Shown here one piece after another: positions 40,727 to 49,232 of a DNA stretch of 64,000 nt. The stretch comes from Lachnospiraceae bacterium. GTDB taxonomy: Bacteria; Bacillota; Clostridia; Lachnospirales; Lachnospiraceae. The stretch spans positions 5,918 through 69,917 of the forward strand of contig JAFZVZ010000006.1 of NCBI GenBank assembly GCA_017617545.1. The letters run 5' to 3'. The position numbers and the translations under genes were made by a program. The notes below the pieces were generated by a model. That model was given only the letters and a program-made list of their open reading frames with translations, did no database searches and was not told the origin of the DNA. Each line of letters begins with the position of its first letter. Positions within the stretch are counted from its first letter, which is position 1.

Positions 40727-42235
40727 TTACTGTCCGCTTTTCGTTCTGATCACGGTAACGCCGTCATCCACCGTGATATCCGCCGTTTCCGGACATCCGG
40801 ACGCATCCAGCTCCGTGAATTTATTACCGATGGCATATATGCTCATCATCGAGGGATGGCTTCCCAGGATCAACTCGCTCATTCCGCAATCCCAGCAAGT
40901 CAGTCCTTCAAGTTTTGAGTTCCTGCTCAGATCCAGCTTACGGATCGGATTGCGATCACATAACAGCACGCGCAGTTCCGGATTACCGGAGACGTCAAGT
41001 TCACTCAGCGCATTCCTGCCGCAATCAAGTTGTTCCAGCATCGCAAGGCCGGATACATCCAGCGACGTCAGCTTATTTTCCTCGCAGGATACTCTTTGCA
41101 ACGGCGCGCCGGGTTTGAAGATCAGTGTCTCAAGGCTGCTCCGGTAACAATCGAAGTTCTCCAACTTACCGTTGTTGCTCAGATCCAACACCGCGAGTTT
41201 ATTTCCGCCGAGATTGAGGATCGTCAGTTCCGTGTTGCTGCTCAGATCGATCGTCTCCAGGCCGCATTCAAAGCATTCGAGCCCTGTCAGCTTTTTGCAG
41301 TTCGTCACGTCAAGGCCGGTAAGCGGGTTGTTCGAGCAGTATAGCTCTTTGAGTTCCGCGTTCGCGCTCAAATCCAGTCTGCCGATCTTATTGTTGCTGC
41401 AGTCAAGACGTGTGATATACTTATTTGCGCTCAGATCCAGTTCCGTCAGTTTGTTTCCGCTGACATCAAGGTCCCCGATACCCGGATTCGCGCTCAGATC
41501 CAGTTCCGTCAGTTCGTTTCCGCTCACATGAAGATTCACAAGATTTACATTCGCGCTCAGATCCAGTTTCGTCAATTTGTTTTCACTGCAGTCGAGATAC
41601 TGCATTTTAACGTTCTTGCTCAGATCCAGCTCTGAAACATCACTTTTATAACATACCAAATAATCGATCTCCGTGAGAAATTCAATACCCTTCAAACTTC
41701 TCAGCACTTTGCCATCATAACTACTGACAAAGAGATACGTGCGGGCGGATATCTCCTCGGTATCCAATGCTCCGTTTCGGTTCGTATCAAAGTCTTCTTT
41801 CACAATCTCCCGGAAAGTAGGATCCGGGAAATTCGTCTCATCGAGCAGTATTTCATCCGGTCCGATCGTCGGCGTGCCCGTCGGCTCCGTCTTCGTCGGG
41901 GTCGCGGTCACGGTTGTACTGACCTGCCCTTCCTCGCCGGAATTAGACACCGGGTTCTTCCGAAGCGTCCGGATCCAGACCGCCAGTGCCACCGCGCACA
42001 AAACCGCCGCGACGGCGATCACCGCGCTGTAATTGAACGAGGTCCTGCGCCTGCCGTTCCCGCGGCTGTCAGCCTTGTGCTCCGCCGTATCCTCCGCATA
42101 CGTCGCCTTCACCGCGTCAGCCTCGTCCGCGATCCCCAGTGTTCTGCGGATCCGCTCATCCTCCTGCGGCGTGAGAGTTGCCGAAGACTCCCGCAGCATC
42201 TTCTCTATTTTCCGTTTACTGTACTTACCGCTCAT
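40727..42235 (-). CDS. Single-pass membrane protein with extracellular leucine-rich repeats; candidate anti-sigma/sensor partner of the upstream ECF sigma
   Basis: Short cytoplasmic N-tail, TM AVIAVAAVLCAVALAVWI, EF-hand/dockerin-like DTNRNGALDTEEI, then about 15 repeats of 21 aa (LDLSANxxLxxLxVSGNKLTE). ATGA overlap with the sigma gene. Confidence 0.75.
   Translation of the reverse strand: MSGKYSKRKIEKMLRESSATLTPQEDERIRRTLGIADEADAVKATYAEDTAEHKADSRGNGRRRTSFNYSAVIAVAAVLCAVALAVWIRTLRKNPVSNSGEEGQVSTTVTATPTKTEPTGTPTIGPDEILLDETNFPDPTFREIVKEDFDTNRNGALDTEEISARTYLFVSSYDGKVLRSLKGIEFLTEIDYLVCYKSDVSELDLSKNVKMQYLDCSENKLTKLDLSANVNLVNLHVSGNELTELDLSANPGIGDLDVSGNKLTELDLSANKYITRLDCSNNKIGRLDLSANAELKELYCSNNPLTGLDVTNCKKLTGLECFECGLETIDLSSNTELTILNLGGNKLAVLDLSNNGKLENFDCYRSSLETLIFKPGAPLQRVSCEENKLTSLDVSGLAMLEQLDCGRNALSELDVSGNPELRVLLCDRNPIRKLDLSRNSKLEGLTCWDCGMSELILGSHPSMMSIYAIGNKFTELDASGCPETADITVDDGVTVIRTKSGQ
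41366..41623. repeat. 63-bp periodic DNA repeats inside the LRR gene
   Basis: The gcgctcagatccag motif recurs at 41427, 41490 and 41553, with diverged copies whose gctca cores begin at 41366 and 41618. Period is exactly 63 bp (21 aa). Confidence 0.85.
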
Positions 42236-42768
42236 ATCAATTCCTCCTCATAGCCGGTGCCTACGTTGAAGAACTGCTGAAGCTTCCGCAACGCCTTCCG
42301 GTACTGGCGGAACACCGTGGCCGTCGACGACCCGGTAACCTTCGCGATCTCAACGTATGTCAATCCTGCCTCCGTGTGCATCGACACGATCTGGCGCTCC
42401 TCCCCCGAGAGCGTCGCCATCGCGCGATCCAAGTCATCCATCCCCCTGTTTCCGGAGTACTTGATGTACTTCTCCGGATTCTCACAAGCTGTTTCTCTGT
42501 CTCTCATGCGAAGCTTCCTGAGTGCTTCGTTTCGGACAATCTGGAAAATGTAAGTGCTGCCGTTTCGAATGTGCCCCGTCTCACGGACCTTCATCAGCGA
42601 CAGAAACGACTCCTGCACAACATCCTCCGCGTCCTCGCGACTCAGAACGATCCGGTAGGCAACCGCGTACATCGGCTGCTTCATCGCGGCATACAATTCC
42701 CCCAATGCAGCCGGATTGTTCGGAAGCTCATTTAGTTTTTGCCCTATCCAGGCCTTGCTGACCGGCAT
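42232..42768 (-). CDS. ECF-type sigma-70 family RNA polymerase sigma factor
   Basis: Region 2 (EDAEDVVQESFLSLMK...YIFQIVRNEALRKLR) and region 4 (LSGEERQIVSMHTEAGLTYVEIAKVTGSSTATVFRQYRKALRKL). Start ATG 42768 (AAGGGGGA RBS). Confidence 0.85.
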   Translation of the reverse strand: MPVSKAWIGQKLNELPNNPAALGELYAAMKQPMYAVAYRIVLSREDAEDVVQESFLSLMKVRETGHIRNGSTYIFQIVRNEALRKLRMRDRETACENPEKYIKYSGNRGMDDLDRAMATLSGEERQIVSMHTEAGLTYVEIAKVTGSSTATVFRQYRKALRKLQQFFNVGTGYEEELI

Positions 42769-42957
42769 CGTAGATCCCCCTTTCTCTTTTTTTTTTGCTG
42801 ACGAAATGAGCGCCCGGCTCCCGGGCAGCATGGGGTTCGCTCCCCCCTTCCCGCTGCCGTTTCATTTCGCTTTGCAAAATAAGAGTATCGAAAAGAGCGG
42901 TTTTTTTCATTTTACGAGAAATAATTTAAAAATTTTAAAAAACTTGTGGATCGCCTT

Positions 42958-44421
42958 TCATCGTTCGTGCTGGCTCACCCGTGCCCCGGTCACAAAATCT
43001 GACAGGTAGAGACTGTCCGTCATGTAAAGCTTGTACTTCCGATACTTATCCTTGCCGTATACGATCACGTCGGTTCCCGCGCAATCCAGATAGCAACTAT
43101 AGTGCGAGATCCATATCACTCCGGAGTTTTCTATCTCTACCTTCGGAAAATCCGAACTGTCCAGTTTCATCGTTGTAATCTGCGGGACACCGTCCTCCTT
43201 CGGATGCTCAAACACATAAAATATGTCATTGTCGGACATGTCTGAACCATCCGTGCTGTCCCAGTTTGTGCGAATATCCGCCTCACTCGTCCGGCTTCCG
43301 TTTTTGATCATGCAGATTTCCGTCTCTCCGTCCCCGTTGATATCGCCGAAAGCCACATTACCTGCCTCCCACTCGTACGCAATGCCGTCCCGAATGATGA
43401 AGAATCTGCGGTACAGGATACCGTCCCGCATCAGAAGTGTCAGAAACACCTGAGCCTGTGTCTGCTCATACATTCCGCTCGGCGTCACATCGATCGGATA
43501 GAAAGCCACGTTTGGCGTGCATGAATTTTCCGGATCAACCGCCGCCAGCAGAAAGAGGTCTACCCGTGTCTCCGAGTTCTGCAGAATATTCCATGCTTCC
43601 GCAGGGGTACATCCGCCGTCCGGTGTCTCGCGCGACACGTACGTATACACTCTCGCTGAGGATGCGGGAATCTCAAGCACGATCAACACGCCGTCCTTGT
43701 ACGCGGCCCATTCCTGCCTACCCTCAAAGATCCCGTACGTTTCCCGGATTGTGGTACCCCTCACAAAGGTGTTCTCTGTCGCGCTGTCTACCGAATCCCC
43801 GATATACATCGTGATGCGCTTACGATACTCCTTAATGTCCTCCGGATCTCCCTGAATGATCAGGTATCCGTTCTCCATCAGCGTATTTCTGTACTCGGTC
43901 ATGACACTGTAGTCATAATAATCGCATTGTCTGTCCACGATATGCTCCCCGGGCCAGTCCATGATCAACTCATACTCCTCGCGCCCCTTCTCCGGATAGA
44001 TCAGTTTCTTCTTCTCCTCGTTCGAAGGATGGCTGACCTCCGTCAGCAGATACACCGGAATATCGGATTCCGGATTTTTTTCCGGGACAACCCCGCCGCT
44101 GTTTCTTCCGGGTCTTCCGCCCTTGATGGCTATGGTCACCGCGAGAATCCCGACGACAGCGACCACCGCCGCCGCAAACCCCGCGAACCGTCTCAAACCG
44201 CGCCCCTGCCGGGCTCCTGCCTTTCGCTGTTCCTTTCCTGTTCCATACTGCTCCGGGGACTCCGTGATCCCCTTCATGGAACGTTTTTTCGCAGACACCC
44301 CGAGTTCCCGGTACGTCTGCTGTACGGCTCTTCGTATGTTCTGATCCGCACCGGTCCGCATCGTCGGCTGCGAATCAAGGATCATTTTTTCTATCGTCCG
44401 TTTATCCGGTTTCTTACGCAT
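42958..44421 (-). CDS. Single-pass membrane protein with large extracellular domain (FG-GAP/VCBS-like GDINGDGETE); candidate anti-sigma partner
   Basis: N-tail MRKKPDKRTIEKMILDS parallels the LRR protein's SKRKIEKMLRES. TM FAGFAAAVVAVVGILAVTIAI. Start ATG 44421 overlaps the sigma stop by 8 nt; the track ORF N-extension was discarded. Confidence 0.7.
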   Translation of the reverse strand: MRKKPDKRTIEKMILDSQPTMRTGADQNIRRAVQQTYRELGVSAKKRSMKGITESPEQYGTGKEQRKAGARQGRGLRRFAGFAAAVVAVVGILAVTIAIKGGRPGRNSGGVVPEKNPESDIPVYLLTEVSHPSNEEKKKLIYPEKGREEYELIMDWPGEHIVDRQCDYYDYSVMTEYRNTLMENGYLIIQGDPEDIKEYRKRITMYIGDSVDSATENTFVRGTTIRETYGIFEGRQEWAAYKDGVLIVLEIPASSARVYTYVSRETPDGGCTPAEAWNILQNSETRVDLFLLAAVDPENSCTPNVAFYPIDVTPSGMYEQTQAQVFLTLLMRDGILYRRFFIIRDGIAYEWEAGNVAFGDINGDGETEICMIKNGSRTSEADIRTNWDSTDGSDMSDNDIFYVFEHPKEDGVPQITTMKLDSSDFPKVEIENSGVIWISHYSCYLDCAGTDVIVYGKDKYRKYKLYMTDSLYLSDFVTGARVSQHER

Positions 44422-44956
44422 TGTCCTGCTCCTCTCCGTCTCCGCGCCTTCCATAGTACTCCCGAAGGCTGCGTATGGCTGCACGGTACCTGCGGAACGC
44501 GGTAGCCGTCGAAACGCCCATGATCCGGGCAATCTCCGAATACCCAAGTCCCGCCTCCAAATGCAGTGAGACAATCTGCCGTTCCTCCGCCGCCAACGTC
44601 TCCAGTGCCTCACCGATATCACCTTCCCCGGTGCGCGTCACGAAGCCCTTCCGAACCTCCCCGGGTTCGGCCACGGCGATCTCCCTGTTACGCTTCTGTA
44701 CGATGTCAAGCGCTGCATTTCGAACCGTTTGGAACAAATACGCCCGCCCGTTGCGAACGGTCTCCGTCTTCGGTGATCGGAGCAATCTGACAAACGCATC
44801 CTGCACTGCGTCCTCGGCGTCTTCCTGACTCATCGCGGTCCGGTATGCTACGACAAACATCGCCTGTTTCATCTCCGCATACAGCTGCTCAAACGCGGAA
44901 GGATCCTTCCGCATCGCACGCAACTGCTGCGTAACCCATCTGTTGTCTGCCGGCAT
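44414..44956 (-). CDS. ECF-type sigma-70 family sigma factor, paralog of 42232..42768
   Basis: MPADNRWVTQQLRAMRKDPSAFEQLYAEMKQAMFVVAYRTAMSQEDAEDAVQDAF aligns by eye with the other sigma. Region 4 is LAAEERQIVSLHLEAGLGYSEIARIMGVSTATAFRRYRAAIRSL. Start ATG 44956 (GGGGAGGTG RBS). Confidence 0.85.
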   Translation of the reverse strand: MPADNRWVTQQLRAMRKDPSAFEQLYAEMKQAMFVVAYRTAMSQEDAEDAVQDAFVRLLRSPKTETVRNGRAYLFQTVRNAALDIVQKRNREIAVAEPGEVRKGFVTRTGEGDIGEALETLAAEERQIVSLHLEAGLGYSEIARIMGVSTATAFRRYRAAIRSLREYYGRRGDGEEQDNA

Positions 44957-45015
44957 GTTTTTCACCTCCCCACTACTAAGACCCCGATTTTTCGTGTTTT
45001 TTTCACGCAGGATGA

Positions 45016-45041
45016 AGTTTTCCGCAGTAGTTTTCCGCAGT
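45016..45041. repeat. Perfect 13-bp tandem duplication upstream of the second ECF sigma gene
   Basis: agttttccgcagt x2, then a partial copy attttccg (45042-45049) and its inverted copy cggaaaat (45057-45064). Confidence 0.9.
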
Positions 45042-45094
45042 ATTTTCCGTTTTATTCGGAAAATGTTCCCCCTACACTTGTCGCAATATACTGA

Positions 45095-45125
45095 ACGGGC
45101 GCTGCCGAAGACCGGCAACGCCCGC
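45095..45125 (-). terminator. Hairpin after trxB
   Basis: acgggcgctgccg / cggcaacgcccgc stem (one G-U pair on the minus-strand RNA) with a 5-nt loop. Weak U-tract. Confidence 0.35.
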
Positions 45126-45152
45126 TTGATAAACGATACTAAACTGTTCGCT

Positions 45153-46076
45153 TTACTCGTTCGCAGCCAGCTCCGCAAGGTACTGGTCGATGTGGTACAC
45201 CGCGTTCGCGCCGTCCGCCGCTGCCGTCACGATCTGGCGAAGGTCCTTCGTGCGGACATCGCCTGCCGCGTAGATGCCGGGCACCTGCGTCGCGCAGTCC
45301 TCGCCCGCGATGAAATACCCCGATGCGTCGCACGGGATGCTGTCCTGCCAGCCGAGGTTCACGGGGTTCGTGCCTACCGCAACGAACACGCCGTCCGCCG
45401 GAACCGTGCTGACCGCGCCGGTCTTCACGTTGCGGAGCGTCACTCCCGTAACCGCGTCCTCACCGCGGATCTCATCGACCACGGAGTCAAAAGCGATCTC
45501 AATGTTCGGTGTCTTCTTAAGAGCCGTCACAAGTGTCTTCGACGCGCGGAACTCGTCCCTGCGGTGAACGATCGTCACCTTCTTGCAGCCGCGCGCAAGG
45601 TAGATGGCGTCCTCCACGGCCGTGTTGCCGCCGCCGATCACAACGACCTCGCGATTTCTGAAAAATGCTCCGTCGCATGTCGCGCAGTACGAAACGCCCA
45701 TGCCCGCGAACTCCTCCTCGCCGGGGCAGCCGAGCTTTCTCGGCTGAGCGCCGGTCGCGATCAGGATCGTGCGCGTCTCAACGGGGTTGTCCGAATCGAT
45801 CTGAATGCGGAAGCCGCCCTCGATCTTCTCGAACTCCGTCACCTCTGCCATGCGGATCTCCGCGCCGCAGTGCTTCGCGTGCTCCTCAAGCTTCTCAGCA
45901 AGGTCGAAGCCGCTGATGCCCGGAAGGCCGGGATAGTTGTCCACATCGGACGTGTTCAGCACCTGTCCGCCGCTGACACCCTTCTCCAATACCACAAACG
46001 AAAGCTCCGCGCGGGCCGCGTAGATCGCGGCAGCCATTCCGGCAGGGCCGGAGCCGATGATCACAAGGTCATACAT
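45153..46076 (-). CDS. trxB: Thioredoxin-disulfide reductase
   Basis: FAD motif IIGSGPAGMAAA, redox centre CATCDG, NADPH motif VIGGGNTAVEDA. Confidence 0.95.
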   Translation of the reverse strand: MYDLVIIGSGPAGMAAAIYAARAELSFVVLEKGVSGGQVLNTSDVDNYPGLPGISGFDLAEKLEEHAKHCGAEIRMAEVTEFEKIEGGFRIQIDSDNPVETRTILIATGAQPRKLGCPGEEEFAGMGVSYCATCDGAFFRNREVVVIGGGNTAVEDAIYLARGCKKVTIVHRRDEFRASKTLVTALKKTPNIEIAFDSVVDEIRGEDAVTGVTLRNVKTGAVSTVPADGVFVAVGTNPVNLGWQDSIPCDASGYFIAGEDCATQVPGIYAAGDVRTKDLRQIVTAAADGANAVYHIDQYLAELAANE

Positions 46077-46090
46077 ACATTTTTCCTCCG

Positions 46091-47032
46091 TTATATTCTG
46101 AGGTATATTTCCTCCGCCACCAGCAGCGCCACCAGAATGATGAGCGCGACCGCAAGCGGCGCCGTAAACATATCTTTAAGAGCCTGCATCCGTCCGGGCT
46201 TCTTCATATCCTCGCGGATCTGCACTTCCGTACAGCCGCGGTATGCGATCTCCCGGTACAACCGATACGCAAAATACGTCCCGGCCGTCGCGAAGGCGAT
46301 GTATCCGAACAGCATCGTCGGCGTCAGTTTCACGGTCTCTTCGGTCATACCCTCCAAAGCGCTCGGGAACCTTTTTGCGAGATAAATGATGATCACGGAA
46401 CCGCTGTTGACCAGCGCGTGCATCACCATCGAGGTTATCGTCGACCCCGACGCCTCGTCCACCATGGCGAAGATGACGCCCATCAGAAAGCCGTACGTCA
46501 TCTGGTTCAGGTTGCCGTGCATCAGGCCGAAGATCAGTCCCGACAGAAGCGCTCCCATCAGGATCGAGCGCTTGCGGTAATGCCCGAACATCAGTCCGCG
46601 GTACACAAGCTCCTCGCCGATCGCGGGAATGATCCCCACGCTGAGAAGCGCGATCACGAACGGGTAACTCTGGATCCTCGAGGTGATGTCCTCCCCCGCC
46701 ACGTAGCTTGTGAACTGCTGCGACACGAGGTTGACCAGCGTGAGCAGCGGCATGAGGAACAGCATCATCAGCGCCGCCAGCAGGACAATGCTGATGCGGG
46801 TCCTGTGAATCCGGTAGGTTTCCGTAAACGCCTTTCCGAGCGGCTTCCCTTCTCTTCCGATCAGCAAAGCGATCAGTCCCGGCGCCACGCAAAAGATCTG
46901 GATCACCACAAGCTGGATCGCCGTCTCCTCGGTAAGCTGCACAAAGATGCTTCCGATCAGGTAAGACAGGAGCGTCAGCAGGACAAGCATGTTCACTCTG
47001 CAGTTTTCTTCCTTGTTCCACACTTCCGTCAT
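46091..47032 (-). CDS. CPBP-family intramembrane glutamic endopeptidase (CAAX protease-like)
   Basis: Motifs GEELVYRG, FGLMHG and HALVNS in a polytopic protein. Start ATG 47032 (AAGGGAG RBS). Confidence 0.8.
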   Translation of the reverse strand: MTEVWNKEENCRVNMLVLLTLLSYLIGSIFVQLTEETAIQLVVIQIFCVAPGLIALLIGREGKPLGKAFTETYRIHRTRISIVLLAALMMLFLMPLLTLVNLVSQQFTSYVAGEDITSRIQSYPFVIALLSVGIIPAIGEELVYRGLMFGHYRKRSILMGALLSGLIFGLMHGNLNQMTYGFLMGVIFAMVDEASGSTITSMVMHALVNSGSVIIIYLAKRFPSALEGMTEETVKLTPTMLFGYIAFATAGTYFAYRLYREIAYRGCTEVQIREDMKKPGRMQALKDMFTAPLAVALIILVALLVAEEIYLRI

Positions 47033-47260
47033 CGCAGAACTCCCTTTCGCTCGATTCCTCCGACGTATTCTCCCTATGCGCCGTCTGTCGCAGCCGCGGA
47101 TCACGGTCGCCGCAACAGCAAGGGGCGCACGAAAAATACTACCACATTTTCCGTGCTTTTACAATGCCGCAAAGAAACTTCTTTCTCTTTCGCGCGGCGC
47201 ATGCTATACTGTAGGCAGTCGTTCGCGAAGGCGCGAACAAGGATAACGGAGGAACCTGAA

Positions 47261-48145
47261 ATGATCCAACTGGGACGCACACAACAACTGAAAATCGATT
47301 CCCTGCAGCCGCACGGCGCCTATCTCGTAGACGCGGGCGCGGAGCTTTCGCCGCTTCCGGCCGCCTACGACGGCATTGATCTCGAGGTCAAAGCCGAGCG
47401 CATACTGCTTCCGACCAACCAGCTGGAGGGCGAGCAGGTGGGCGACCTCGTGCAGGTCTTTGTGTACCTCGACTCCGAGGACCGTCCGATCGCGACCAAG
47501 CAGATGCCGAAGGCCGAGCTCGGACTGACCGCTCTTCTGACCGTGAAACAGGTCAACCGCAACGGTGCCTTCCTCGACTGGGGCCTGCCGAAGGATCTGC
47601 TGCTTCCGTACCGTGAACAGACGCGACCCGTAGGCGAGGGCGATTCCGTGCTTGTCGCCGTGTACATCGACAAGAGCGTGCGCCCGTGCGCGACGATGAA
47701 GCTCTACCCTTACCTGCGCACCGATTCGACGCACAAAAAGGACGACCGCGTCACCGGACGCGTGTACGAGGTTTCCGACAATTTCGGCGCATTCGTCGCC
47801 GTGGACGACTGCTACTCCGCGTTGGTTCCGAAGAAGGATCTCTTCTATCCCCTGTCTCCGATGCAGGAGATCGAGGCCCGTGTCGCCGGCGTGCTTCCCG
47901 ACGGCAAGCTGACGCTCTCTCTCCGCGAGAAGGCGTACGCGCAGATGGACGGCGACGCAACGCTGATCCTCTCCGCGCTCCGCTCCGCAGGCGGCTTCCT
48001 GCCCTACCATGACAAGAGCAGCGCAGAGGCGATCAAGGCTCGCTTCAGTCTCGGCAAGAACGCGTTCAAGCGCGCCATCGGCCACCTCTACCGCGAGCGC
48101 CTGATCACGATCGAGGACGACGGCATCCGGCTTGTAGACCGTTAA
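47261..48145 (+). CDS. cvfB: S1-domain RNA-binding protein, CvfB/YitL family
   Basis: MIQLGRTQQLKIDSLQPHGAYL..., repeated S1-like units and a C-terminal winged helix (FKRAIGHLYRERLI). Only the 3' third of track ORF 46418..48145 is genuine (RBS AACGGAGGA). Confidence 0.8.
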   Translation: MIQLGRTQQLKIDSLQPHGAYLVDAGAELSPLPAAYDGIDLEVKAERILLPTNQLEGEQVGDLVQVFVYLDSEDRPIATKQMPKAELGLTALLTVKQVNRNGAFLDWGLPKDLLLPYREQTRPVGEGDSVLVAVYIDKSVRPCATMKLYPYLRTDSTHKKDDRVTGRVYEVSDNFGAFVAVDDCYSALVPKKDLFYPLSPMQEIEARVAGVLPDGKLTLSLREKAYAQMDGDATLILSALRSAGGFLPYHDKSSAEAIKARFSLGKNAFKRAIGHLYRERLITIEDDGIRLVDR

Positions 48146-48198
48146 TTCCGATCTGACGCAACGTTCCCTGCGCCGAACTGTTTTTGGCTCGGAAAATG

Positions 48199-48933
48199 CT
48201 ACACATACCCGCCGCCGATGCAGATCGTCGCAACCATCACATGTTCCACCCCGGTGGATCTCAACACTGCAGAACACGCCTCCATCGTGCTCCCGGTCGT
48301 ATAGATATCGTCGACCAGGATCACCCTGCGGGGCGTTTTATGTTGCTTCCGAAGCCATTCCGCCTGCGGTCCGCGCTCGAGCGCCCTCATCAGGTTACGC
48401 ACGCGCTCGTGGTTGCTCAGCTCCTTCTGCGGGACCGTGAACCGGTTGCGCCGCAGGTAGTCCGCGTACATCGGCAGCTCAAGCCCGTCCGCCAGATTGC
48501 GGGCGATCCGCTCCGCCTGGTTGTAGCCGCGGTGGCGCATTTTCCGACGATGGATCGGTACCGGGATCACCGCGTCCGCGGCAAATCCCCTCAGTGCCGT
48601 CCCCTGCGCCGCAAGCAGCTCCTCCGCGTACCACGCCGCGTACTCCTCGCGCCTGTGAAACTTGAAGCACACCATCGAATCGCGGATGTCCCCCTCGTAC
48701 AGGAACACCGACACACCCCGCTCAAACGAGCTCTCCCCCTTCGACGAGCAGTCAAAACAATACTCCGCCGCCCCCTCGGGCACCGGCTTACCGCACCGCA
48801 TGCATGTGTCCGTGCCGACCGGCGTCAGCTTCGTCCGGCACGCGGGATGGCACCGCGGCGCGCGAATCGGAACAAGCCCGTCGCACACGGGGCACCTCGG
48901 CGGATACAACAGATCCAAAACCCGGCTTTCCAT
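48199..48933 (-). CDS. comFC: ComF-family protein (phosphoribosyltransferase-type, ComFC)
   Basis: N-terminal zinc ribbon PPRCPVC...CHPAC...CMRCG...CFDC and PRTase motif VILVDDIYTTGST. Start ATG 48933 with an AAAGGAGGA RBS. Confidence 0.85.
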   Translation of the reverse strand: MESRVLDLLYPPRCPVCDGLVPIRAPRCHPACRTKLTPVGTDTCMRCGKPVPEGAAEYCFDCSSKGESSFERGVSVFLYEGDIRDSMVCFKFHRREEYAAWYAEELLAAQGTALRGFAADAVIPVPIHRRKMRHRGYNQAERIARNLADGLELPMYADYLRRNRFTVPQKELSNHERVRNLMRALERGPQAEWLRKQHKTPRRVILVDDIYTTGSTMEACSAVLRSTGVEHVMVATICIGGGYV

Positions 48934-49138
48934 ACGTTTCCTCCTTTCGGGATTTCCCCATACAAACCGCTCCCGCAGCATGCGATCACGGTTTCTGCGC
49001 ACGACAACAAAACAGGAAGGTCTCCTGTCGTTTCGCCGTTATACTTTTGTCAGCATATAGGGGAACTCCTCCGTCACGGAGGCGGGCGATCGCCCGGATG
49101 ATGCAGCTGCTGCCGCGAATAAATGTAGTATGATGTAT

Positions 49139-49183
49139 CCGGAAGGCTGCTCCGTTTGCGCGCAGCCTTCCGGTTTATTCTTT
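49139..49183 (+). terminator. 12-bp perfect hairpin whose T-tract lies on the plus strand
   Basis: ccggaaggctgc / gcagccttccgg followed by tttattcttt. The flanking genes are both on the minus strand. Confidence 0.35.
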
Positions 49184-49232
49184 CCCGGCTTGGTGGTCCG
49201 TAATTCAGCGGACCTTACTCAGCGAATTGTTC

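Noticed and set aside
42958-48145. Long N-terminal extensions of several track ORFs (42958..44622, 44414..45178, 46091..47104, 46418..48145; also 5103..5900, 8892..9908, 48199..49002, 49233..50222, 61150..62859 and 61315..63846)
   Set aside because: The extensions are R/G-rich or overlap upstream genes. Internal ATGs have strong AGGAGG-like RBSs and give family-typical N-termini, so the genes were trimmed.
49139-49173. SRP (4.5S) RNA because of the ccggaagg hairpin
   Set aside because: It lacks the conserved GGAAGCAGCC domain IV sequence and surrounding helices. It is treated as a plain hairpin.
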